Origin: Octopus bimaculoides
Lineage: Eukaryota
Direction: 5' to 3'
NCBI RefSeq assembly: GCF_001194135.2
Contig: NC_068996.1
Location: 30,219,610-30,274,112 of the forward strand
Length of the DNA: 54,503 nt
Shown: piece by piece, positions 24,601-36,700 of the stretch
Numbering within the stretch: position 1 is the first letter of the stretch
Layout: every line of letters begins with the position of its first letter
Made by a program: the position numbers and the translations under genes
The notes under the pieces: model-generated
Databases searched by the model: none
Told to the model about the DNA's origin: nothing
Seen by the model: only the letters and a program-made list of their open reading frames with translations

Positions 24601-27600
24601 ACTTTTTATTTACCTCTAATTTTAATTTGCCTGTAAGGTGAGTGACAAGTTTTGATTTACTTTCTATTGTAAATCGTTATTATATATGTTCTTGTGTATT
24701 TTTGTATGTGAGTAAGTTTATTTCATTCAGTTGATGTATTTAATTTTCTAGTTTCCTTCAAAAAAATTCCAGTATTTCATTTTATTTTACCTTTACCTGT
24801 TCTTATGCACATTAAATTCAACTGATAATCTAGTGGCGTGCACAATTATTCTCTATTAAAATTTGTGTTGCATCTCCAATTAAAATTTAACTGATGACTC
24901 ATTTTCTATGGTGATGTTCAAACAAAATTTAAATATTTTTATATTTTGCTGAATTTACTTGTATTTACCTGTAATTAGAGTCACTCTGAGACAAAAGTTA
25001 TGCAATAGAATTGATTAAGAACCTTTTGTTCAATTGTATTCCAAGAATCACATTAATATGTTGATAAGTAAAAAAGTTACAGTTGTTCAATGAAACTAGT
25101 CTAAATTTGCGATTATTTTAAAATTTAATTGAAACTCATAAAGGGTGTATTTTGGTTAGAAATATAGTAACAAAAAGTTTAATGTGAGAGATGTAGCAAA
25201 AAATGTGTAGAACAGGAAATATCTATATACAAATTAAGGGATGAAAAGGGTGCGTTCTAGTGCAGAAATAAAACAATACAATATGATGGCAATTAAAAAG
25301 CTGCTGAGAGATGAAAAATTGTTTATGATTCTAAATTCTGCACTGGAATATAGTAGCTTACATCCTTTTTTAGATTTGGAGTGTTTTAAAGCTCTAAGGA
25401 AGGAACCCAGTGTCATTGGTATTGCTGTATTAAGGCAAGATTATATGAATAAGGTTTTTTAAATGACTAATATTTGTTCAATATTATTTCTCAATTGCAG
25501 AATCCTCATTGATGAAGAGAGATAAGCAGATACAAATTTAAAATATTTTACATTGTTGTATTTATTTAAGGAAAAAAAAAAAAAAAAATAATGTTAATAA
25601 TGTTGTTCCCCCTTTGCATGCAGAAAGAATTTTTTTCAAAAAATACAATTAAAAGTATCGCAGCTTGATAGAGAAAGCTTTTCCCGATCTGAAGACTATG
25701 AAAATTTAATTATCTCCTAACATTGGGCCTCACAGAGGTAATGACAGGAGACTGAGACCTTTGGAGATATGCTGTGATTGAGAAGACCCAGCTACTAAAG
25801 TGAGATCGCAGCCATGCATGTCTGGCCCAGTTAAGAGGACCCCTGNNNNNNNNNNNNNNNNNNNNNNNNNNNNNNNNNNNNNNNNNNNNNNNNNNNNNNN
25901 NNNNNNNNNNNNNNNNNNNNNNNNNNNNNNNNNNNNNNNNNNNNNNNNNNNNNNNNNNNNNNNNNNNNNNNNNNNNNNNNNNNNNNNNNNNNNNNNNNNN
26001 NNNNNNNNNNNNNNNNNNNNNNNNNNNNNNNNNNNNNNNNNNNNNNNNNNNNNNNNNNNNNNNNNNNNNNNNNNNNNNNNNNNNNNNNNNNNNNNNNNNN
26101 NNNNNNNNNNNNNNNNNNNNNNNNNNNNNNNNNNNNNNNNNNNNNAAAAACACCATCCAAACGTGGTCGATGCCAGGTCTGTCTGACTGGCTTCCATACT
26201 GATAGCATGTAAAAACACCATCCAAACATTGCCGATGCCAGTACCCACTGACTGGCTCCCATGCTGGTGGCATGTAAAAAGCAACATTTCAAATGTGGCT
26301 GATGCCAGTACCTCGAGTGGACCCCCATACTGGTGGCATGTAAAAAGCACTATCTGAACGTGATCGATGCCAGGCCTGCCTGACTGGCTCCTGTGCCGGT
26401 GGCACATAAAAAGCACCCGTAACACTTTCAAAGTGGTTGGCGTTGAGAAGGCCATCCAGCTGTAGAAACATTGCCAGGTAAGATTGGAGCCTAGTATAGC
26501 CACTGGCTCTCCAGAACTCAGTCAAACCATCCAATCTGTGCCAGCATGGAAAACGGATGTTAAATGAAGATGAAAGAAATGAAGGCCGTCATGCACTAAA
26601 AAAATTGAGAAGTTAAAATAAAACCTGTAATTGGGAGCAAATTAGAGAAAATTAACAAATAGTTGTCTAAATAGAAATAGAAGAAAAAATCCCATTAATG
26701 TCACAAAGAAATTTAGAACCTTGTTTTGAACTATCTTGGCTCTCTTTCCATTGATATTATAAAAATTACTCACCAGCATAATTAAAATAAATATTATTGT
26801 TTAACATATATATGTTTCATGAAGTCATTAGTCTACAACAAAATACCATAATACTTCTCCTAGCCAAATTACCATGTCAAAATTATAAAACTGCAACAGG
26901 TTTCATTTGTATATATTTGTAAATATACTGTTCTGATATATATACATGCTAAACAAATCCCTATATATATATATATATATAAAAACATCACCCTTTCAAA
27001 GCCTAGCCAGGCTCATGGGCCCGGTTTCCATGGCATATGTGTTCCCCCCACTGGACGGGACACNNNNNNNNNNNNNNNNNNNNNNNNNNNNNNNNNNNNN
27101 NNNNNNNNNNNNNNNNNNNNNNNNNNNNNNNNNNNNNNNNNNNNNNNNNNNNNNNNNNNNNNNNNNNNNNNNNNNNNNNNNNNNNNNNNNNNNNNNNNNN
27201 NNNNNNNNNNNNNNNNNNNNNNNNNNNNNNNNNNNNNNNNNNNNNNNNNNNNNNNNNNNNNNNNNNNNNNNNNNNNNNNNNNNNNNNNNNNNNNNNNNNN
27301 NNNNNNNNNNNNNNNNNNNNNNNNNNNNNNNNNNNNNNNNNNNNNNNNNNNNNNNNNNNNNNNNNNNNNNNNNNNNNNNNNNNNNNNNNNNNNNNNNNNN
27401 NNNNNNNNNNNNNNNNNNNNNNNNNNNNNNNNNNNNNNNNNNNNNNNNNNNNNNNNNNNNNNNNNNNNNNNNNNNNNNNNNNNNNNNNNNNNNNNNNNNN
27501 NNNNNNNNNNNNNNNNNNNNNNNNNNNNNNNNNNNNNNNNNNNNNNNNNNNNNNNNNNNNNNNNNNNNNNNNNNNNNNNNNNNNNNNNNNNNNNNNNNNN

Positions 27601-27705
27601 NNNNNNNNNNNNNNNNNNNNNNNNNNNNNNNNNNGTGGTTGGGTCGTTGATGACCTCTTTCTAGCATATTGGATGACCACCTGGTGGTCATCCCTTCTTA
27701 TAGGC

Positions 27706-27759
<54 letters not shown>

Positions 27760-30700
27760 TTATGTGTAACAGCTTAACAAAAATAAGTACTGGGGTTAAT
27801 TCATTTGACTAAAAATTCCTCAATGTAGTGCTCCAGTATGGCTGCAGTCAAATAATTGAAACAAGTAAAGGATAAAAGATATAAACCAACCTTTCTTCAT
27901 AAAATCTATACCATAAAAACTGTATCAATGTATACAGCTCTACATTCAATATCCAAAGGAAACCCTTCCAGTTATTGAATTGTTGATAAATTGAAGGTAA
28001 CCCCCAAACTGTTAGCATTAAGAATAATAGCATTTATGTTTTAACATAATGAAATTATTTAGCCAAAAACAATGGAAAAAAATTAATGATAATTTGTTTC
28101 TTAGCGCAATAAAGATAAGCAAGCACTAAGCATATAGTAAACAAACTTACTTGCTCTATTTTCTGTGTTGAATTACTTGATTCCTGTGTGTTTTAAAAAA
28201 ATGAGAAAAGAAGTTCACATTATTCAATACAGTTTGTAAGGTATTAGTGAAATATAAAGTTTCACATTTATAATGCATGGCTGAAGAAGATTTTAGAAGC
28301 AAACATTCATGAAAAGTAACTTACCCTCACAGATAATTTTTGTTTTAGATTTTCAACTAGTTTCTGCTCTTGAGATAATGCATCTTGTCCAGTCTTGATA
28401 ATTCCATTAAGCTTTACAACAGTTTGTGCTAAATCTCTGTTCTTCCTTTGTTCTTCCTCAATTAAGGCTTGTTGTTTACTTACTTCTGATTTTAAGTATT
28501 CTAAAGACTACAAATACAAATATAAAATGAATTTATGATTAAAAGAAATTACAAGCACTGCAATTTTGCTGGAATACATGGCATATAAACAAGTTATTGG
28601 AAAGTAACAAATCATTATGTGTTACTACTATGCTTCTATGAGCCAATGAGCATGCCTCTATACAGTCATTTAACCTACTACAAATAGCATCTAAATCTCA
28701 CACTTGATATCCCACCTTTTTAAGTGAAAAATATATACATTAGATCATAGTCAATTTTACTTCTACAACAACAGGATGGTTGCATAAATAGAGAAGTGAG
28801 GTTAACTAGTTATACTCATGACAAATTTTAGTTCAATACTTAAAATTAACAAATAATTCAGTTATTTGGTGTTTTTTAATTTATCAACTGTAAATGCATG
28901 ATACGCCTATCTAAAGTATTTGTTTACAGCTAAGTGGACTGAGTATATAAGCATTGAGCTAACCAATACTGAGCAGATGAATTTAATAAATAGAAATTGT
29001 ACTAAGCCAGTTGTGTGTGTAGTAAGTAAGCTTTGTATGTGACAGTGATACTAAAAGTAATGCATATTATGAGTACACTAGAAATAGACTATTTCTAGAG
29101 CACTGTTTCTATTGACTACTTCTAGTGAACTATCTGAGCAGTTTACAGAATCTATTTCTGGTGTGCTCATAAAACAAATCCCATCAGTACCTCTGTCACA
29201 TACAGAGCTTACTTTCTAAGATTGTTATTCTGAAAGAATACTAAGCAGGATAAGAAAAGTTGGAAAAAAGATCAGGGAATTATTACTGCAACAGAGAGTG
29301 AAAGACAGATTGTATGACATTTGTATTGAACTCTTCTACGAGCTTTGTGACATATGGGCTTTGAATGCTTTGCTTCAATGCATGTGTAATGTTAGAAGAA
29401 TTTGATGCAGTGTACAAGAGAGGAGATTGAGCTGGTAGGGGCTTGTGATGCATATGGAGGATGACTGCTGCATAAAAAAGTCTCAAAGTAAGGGGAGCCC
29501 ATTAAACAGGAACATTTGCTAGAAAACTGTAAAGGGTCACCTGAAGATGATAAAGGACCATATTGACTAGTGATGTGCAGCATTACAGATCTATTCACTC
29601 ATGAAAAAAATGCAACTTAAAAGATAATAAAACAGCTGTAATATATATACATGTATATATACTACTTTCCACCAAGCCCACTTATCGCCATCATCTTACA
29701 TCCCCTGTTCACAACTCCCTTCTCTTTGTTATTCACAGTACATTCTTTTGTTACCCAAAACTTTTCCCTTTACCTCACTACCCACCCTTAAACCACTAGA
29801 ATGCTCACTGACCTTTCCTTCCCTTGCTTAACTCACTCAGTTTTTCTCCCATCCCTCTCTACTGTCTTTCACAGCATTTACACTGCTCTTCTCCCTACTT
29901 TTATGGTACTCTCCAGTGTCTACTTACCTCTATGGTACCCTTTTGAAGCTGTGGAATAACAGACCTCTTACTTGAATGAAAAAAATGAAGTATAAAGGCA
30001 TGCTACATGTTCTTACTGTTTTAGAAACTGATCTATCTAATGTGTATGCACACATGTGAAAGAGGAATTATATTAGAAATGAATTGACAAAGATACTTAC
30101 TGTTTGCTTTTCTTTAAGAATTTGTATCTCTTTCTCTGCCTAAAAATTAAAAAAAATTGAGCCTATTTATTTGTACCATTTTTATTATTAGTTAACTGGT
30201 AAGAAATAATATATAATTGGTAAGAAATAATATATAATAAAGCAGTATGAAAAATTATTTCTTGAAAGAAAACAGGTAGAGAAAGACCATTATATAAACC
30301 TCTGCTAAAGCATGTTTCCATTTTTCCTCTTCTTCCTCAACACTTTTTTGGAGCAATTGTAATTTTTCATCCTGAATATATAAAAATATTTTTAACCTGA
30401 GAAATCATTTTTAAAACTTCAAATCAAACTACAAAATAATTTAAAATCCTTTATGTTAAGTAATTCAGAATCGCTTTTTTAAAAAATTGAAACAAAATAT
30501 GAAATAGTTTAACAGTTCTATAAGGGAACAATTTATGATTATTCTTGGATACTAATTTCCATATTTCCGTATCTAAAAGAATATTGAAAAAACAATTAAG
30601 AAATAATCATCGTAATGCAAAAAGTATTTTTGTGTCTTAAAAGATAATCAAGAAGAAAGATAATTATCATCAGGTTTTAGCTTCTTCACAGTATGGAAGA

Positions 30701-33700
30701 AATCTGAAAATAACCAACGTAGAAAGAAAATTTTTGAAGAAAGAATTTTGAAGCATTAACATATTATACTGTGTCTGTCAGGTATGCAACTAGATTTATA
30801 ATGTACCTATTCCAATAAATTGTGATTAGCACAAAATAGTCTGTTATTTCAAGAAAATTAAATGACCTAACTATCTTTGGACATAACAGTCATCCTATCT
30901 CACCTAACACTATTTAAAATTACAAATGCAATATTAAAATTGAATTATAAATTGAAAAAATGCAGTTTTCTTTTCTACAAAAGTTTTTAATCTACAACAG
31001 AGAGGTAATTTGTGATTGAAATAAGATGCAAGTGCCTCTGTTTTCTGATTTTAACTGTCATTTTTATCTGTTACAATATCTTTATTATTATAGATTTTAT
31101 AAAACAATGGTCTTCATCCACATAACATACCCATTTGTTTTACGTCAACCACCAAAATTTCTCAGATTGCAACAACTTTCTGTTTCAGTTAATTAGAACA
31201 GGCTAATACAACATCCCTTTCAAGAACTGGGGTAGTTCTTAAAATGACTAGTTCTTCAATCTTGATACAGCATACTTAAGCTGTATAGAACATTGCTCAT
31301 CAATGTTACTATTATTACACACAAGCAATCTATTTAGTTAGAAGTTTTGGTCAATAATTAAGTTGCATTATATAGGAAGTAAACCATCAAAATTACTCCA
31401 GCCTAGTTACAATGCCTAGATTATATACAATGAATAAAAAAACTTTTTGCAAGTGTTTATATCCGTTACTGCTTGTGAGTTAGTCTGTGTCATTTTATAA
31501 CAGCCACTATAAAACCATTGTCATTTAATGTCCATCTTCCATGCAGAATGGGTTAATATATTTTTTCAATTCAATATTCAGATTTACTCATAGATAATTA
31601 TTTAAGACCAATAGTTAAATCATCTAAATACCAAAACAGAAAATATTTCCACTGTTCTTTTGTAGCTGAATTGTATAATATTGCATTAGAAATATAAAAG
31701 AAATTTCAATAATGAACTCAATATACTGAGCTAACAATCTGCATCCCTAATCATATCTAAAATATGCTAACAATGAACGCCATTATTAATATGAAATTTA
31801 GAACAAGAGCCCAGCATATGCAACCCCACAAAAATAAATAAAAGAAAGAAGCTTACAGTGATTAAAAAAAGATTTTGATATTCTTTGAGTTTATTTTCTA
31901 ATTTAATCTTATCTTCAGGTGCTTCTGCTAACCGCATGTTCAATGAGTTAACATGCTCTTTTAACTCTTTATTTTCTACTTCATTATGTTGCAAATTTGA
32001 GTGTAAAGCCTCATACATTTTTTTAAGATCTGAATATTTCTTCGTTTGGATAGCTAATTCATTAGACAATTCCAATGATTTTATTTCGTAAGTTGACTGT
32101 AATTCTATAAACTGAAAATAAAAGGTAAATATCAATAAAATATGCTTAACTTTTTTGGCAAATATATTACACATGAAAACTAAAGATAGTTTAATAATTC
32201 AATTTCTAGTGAAGCAAAAATCTTTTCTCTTCACTAATTCGACAACTACTTGGCAAGAAAGTTATAATGGACTGAAGCTTTGGCCTTAGAATTAACATTT
32301 TGTACATATTCTTCTTAAAATTTCAGAAGAAAAAAATTTACTTTTCCTAAGCACCTTATGAACTTCACTGCACAATTGGAGGATTCCAGAAAAAACTCCA
32401 AATAAAGAAAAGGCAGAAAAATGTTTTTGGCAAAGGTCAACAAATGGGATGTGGATTGTCAATTACCTCAACCACAGTACTTGAATGATGCCTAACTCCA
32501 AAAGGATGAAAGGCAAAGTTGATATTGGTGGTATTTGAACTCAAAACAAAGGGCTAGAAAAAACGCCTCTAAACAATTTGTCTGGTCTGCTAACAATTCT
32601 ACTAAATATATCAATTCCTAGCAATTAATATTGCCAGGAATTATTATATGCTTATTATGTAAGTGGCACCACAAAACTATCAAGGTCTTGGGTATTTTGC
32701 CAAAAAAGTGTGTGCCTGTGCATAGAAGCATACACAAAGAGCGTTTTAATGTATATGCCCAAACATACAAGTTCTCTAAGACATTTGTTGATATAAAATG
32801 TATAGAAAAATAGAAGAAAAATTACCTTAGTTTCTGATTCTTTTAATTTATCAGATATTTTTATTTGAAGATCTTTTTCAGTCTTTAATTGGGCAGCTAA
32901 TTCTGTTGATTCCTTCATAGCCACATCAAGCTTTTTTTCGAATAATTCTACATTTTTTGTCATTTCTTTCAAATCAGAAACTGGTTCATCAGCCTATAAA
33001 TATGTGTTATGTAAATGAGTACTTTGCACTGTAAAAAGATTTACTAACATAGCAATTATGAATGCTTAGATATTAAATTTCTTTACAATTATTTAGAAAA
33101 TAAATTATTTTAGTAATTACTTTAGATTTTAAGAATTCAACGGCTTTCTGTTCAAATGTTTTCATCCAAATTGTATGTTTCTGAAAATAGATAAGTTAAA
33201 CAAATAAAGATTTAGTGTGCGGTGGAAAGTAATATTTCTTTTACATCCATTTCTCCTTCCCGGAAACTTAGCAACATCCATATTTTTATTTTCAATCATT
33301 ATTACAATCTAAGCCTAGAATTTGATTTTTCAACTTTCAAAATATATGAAACAACTGAATCCTTCTTCTACTCACTAAATCTATTTACAAGTCAATATCT
33401 TACCAATGATTTATCAACAGTTATACTTGGAAAGATACTCTGTAATAGTGCTCTGTCATGTGAAAAAGTATCAGCAGCCTGCATCTGAAGAACAAAATGA
33501 GGATTGTTAGCAGTATTTTCATAATTTATTTTGAATAAGAATTTAAAAGAATAAGCTGAATACATTTCCAAATTTAAAAACCCCACAAAAATTTTAAATA
33601 GTTAAATTGAACAGGTCTTGCATTTACCTATAGGTTATTCCCGTAAAACAAATGACCTTTTGTGAATATGTTCACTGAAACCTGCTAATAATCAATATAA

Positions 33701-36700
33701 AAAAAAATTTATACAACTTACTTCAGCAGTACATACAGCATCAACAATTTGCTGTTCTGTAGACTTCTCAGACTCAGCTACAGCTTCCATTGCTTTCCAG
33801 TTCTTTTTTCTGAGATCCTGAAATAAAATAGTTTAAAATAACAATCATACATCATATATTAACCATATAGGCATAGGCATGGCTGTGTGGTAAGAAGCTT
33901 GCTTCCTGCGCATGTGTTGGTCAGTGTTTTCTTTGCACTGCTAGGAGTCACGTCACTGTACACCAACGTCATGAATTATTGAACAAGTGAAGCACAACTA
34001 CAAGGTAAGACATTTGTTTTTTGGGGATTCACTGGGGGTTTGTTGCTCGTGTTTGTTTATTTTGTCAATCAAGAAACTACCACTGGGTTCCACGCATCTG
34101 TCTGCCTGTGGTTGTGCTTAAAGTCTCACTTAACGGTGAGAAGTGTATTGGTGGGGTGTATCCCTCTGCCTATAATTGTGCTTATTTTTTGTGTCCTTAC
34201 CAAGAGGATTACTGAGTTGGCCAGGAGTACCAGGATGGCCAGAATAATTTGCTGTGTTTTTTTAACTGTTTCTTGTCTTCTTCCTTCCTTCCTGCATTTT
34301 TTTTTTTTTAACTCTGTGAACTTATGTTTTTCGTGAACTTTTTCAAAAAAGACATGACAAAGAAGACAAATAATACTGTGTTGGAGTGGGACATTGTCCC
34401 ACCCAAACAGTGGATGAAAGACTTTGAAGAGAGGACGGTGGTGTTAAGGACTTACTCAAAGTCACTCAACATCATTGCCCTCTTCCAAAAGACTCAAATT
34501 GAAAAAGAGTTGTCAGAATATTTGCCAACTATTAAATTCATCTCCAGTGGGGTCAAATATGCAACGGTGTGGTTGCTACTTGATATCCATGAGGAGGCTC
34601 GCAAATTTGCGAGCTAGCCCTTAGAGGGCAAAGAGATTTTGTTTCTTCCCATGTATAGTGGGAAGAAGTTGACAAGAGGTTGGGTCAGCGGGTTGCCACC
34701 TGGGATAGAACCCGAGTGGATAGAGGACACTATCTGCTGGAGTCTGTGTGGCAGTGGATCCAAGCTGCTTAATGTTAAAATTTTGCCAGCGGCTGATTGG
34801 TTGGGTCAAAAGCTGTTTTGACTTTGTGGACCCAATCAGCCAAGCATCTGGATTTNNNNNNNNNNNNNNNNNNNNNNNNNNNNNNNNNNNNNNNNNNNNN
34901 NNNNNNNNNNNNNNNNNNNNNNNNNNNNNNNNNNNNNNNNNNNNNNNNNNNNNNNNNNNNNNNNNNNNNNNNNNNNNNNNNNNNNNNNNNNNNNNNNNNN
35001 NNNNNNNNNNNNNNNNNNNNNNNNNNNNNNNNNNNNNNNNNNNNNNNNNNNNNNNNNNNNNNNNNNNNNNNNNNNNNNNNNNNNNNNNNNNNNNNNNNNN
35101 NNNNNNNNNNNNNNNNNNNNNNNNNNNNNNNNNNNNNNNNNNNNNNNNNNNNNNNNNNNNNNNNNNNNNNNNNNNNNNNNNNNNNNNNNNNNNNNNNNNN
35201 NNNNNNNNNNNNNNNNNNNNNNNNNNNNNNNNNNNNNNNNNNNNNNNNNNNNNNNNNNNNNNNNNNNNNNNNNNNNNNNNNNNNNNNNNNNNNNNNNNNN
35301 NNNNNNNNNNNNNNNNNNNNNNNNNNNNNNNNNNNNNNNNNNNNNNNNNNNNNNNNNNNNNNNNNNNNNNNNNNNNNNNNNNNNNNNNNNNNNNNNNNNN
35401 NNNNNNNNNNNNNNNNNNNNNNNNNNNNNNNNNNNNNNNNNNNNNNNNNNNNNNNNNNNNNNNNNNNNNNAAAAAAAAAAAAAAGAACAATGTTCTCAAG
35501 AAGCATTGATCGGCGGGCGTCGTCTGCTTCTCTCATCAATATCATTATTTTGCTCATCATTCATTTCATTTATCTTGTTGTCCAGCCCGCACTTGCTCGT
35601 CTTTATGGCAAATTTAATGAAATAAAAAAGCTTGCTTCCCAACCACATAGTTCTGGATTCAGTCCCACTGTGTGACACCTTGGGTAAGGTCTTCCTCAGG
35701 CTGACCAAGGCTTTGTGAATGGATTTAGTAGACAGAAACTGAAAGAAGCCTGTCATATATATGTGTGTATGTGCCTTTGTGTCTGTCCCCCATCACCATT
35801 TGACAACTGGTATTGGTGTGTTTACATCCCCATAATTTAGAAGTTTAGCAAAAGCGATCGATAAAATAAGTACTAGGCTCAGCAAAATAAAAAAGAAAAT
35901 AAGTATTGAGGTCAATTCATTTGACTAAAAATTCTTCAAGGCAGTGCCCTAGCATGGCTGCAGTCTAATGACTGAAATAAGTAAAAGATAAAAAATATAG
36001 TGAAAAACAATTGGTTGAGTAAGAAAGAAGTAAAAAGAAGTTGGGGAGTTGTTGTTTCTGTCAACAAAGAATTTGAGAGAAAAAAGATTGAAGTAAGTGA
36101 TGCTTCAAGATTGTGAGGTAGGAGCGTTGAATGTGAAAGAATTAGAAATTGCGGAGAAATGTGAGGAGTATAATCTTATTCTGGATGAAAGTGGAATATT
36201 AAAGGTAATCAAATCATGCTGGAGAGCTGACTGGGTGGTATGGACACATAGGGAATAGCTGAGTACTAGTGAAAAGTTATGTCCTCTCAATGAGGGAACA
36301 TGAGGAAGATGTTGATTTCACATGTGAGAAAAACTAGGGTCACAGCTGAAGATATAGACACAAAGATGAAGTAACAAATGACAAATTAGTGACAATATAC
36401 TCTACATTAGGCCTGTTCAAATCAGAACAGCTTGAAAAAAAAAAAAAGAAAAGAAACTGGCATAAGAAAATGAGGAGATTGATGTAATTTGAGAATTTAG
36501 TACAACTGGAATGTTAAGTCAGTCACATACAATGAATTAAGTTATAAAGTAATATTTTTTCAAACAATATTTCTTATGAATGGATTAACACAGATTTTCA
36601 ATGTAAAAAGAATATAAAACATAGCACCAATCTGACACAAAGCAATAGGCTGAGATAGAGCAATAGGTTCACTAAAAGAACTGGAACCAAGTATCTTGTC

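Noticed and set aside
25680-25712. Right end of the piggyBac near 25710
   Set aside because: It is a poor match; a better TIR plus TTAA lies at 25160-25182.
26146-26420. CRISPR-like array (conserved blocks with variable middles)
   Set aside because: The middles are homologous to each other, the array lies in an RTE 3' UTR of a eukaryotic genome, and no cas genes are present.
30640-30703. Alternative terminal exon at acceptor ttattttcag (ISSIL-stop)
   Set aside because: It would truncate before the conserved exons P-R, and there is no supporting signal beyond an acceptor-like motif.
34615-34617. Programmed readthrough or selenocysteine at the in-frame stop of the ORF1-like frame
   Set aside because: The stop is TAG, a second stop follows at 34819-34821, and mutational decay is the simpler explanation.
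1455-35675. Long ORFs in the track made mostly of X
   Set aside because: They are artefacts of translating N gaps.
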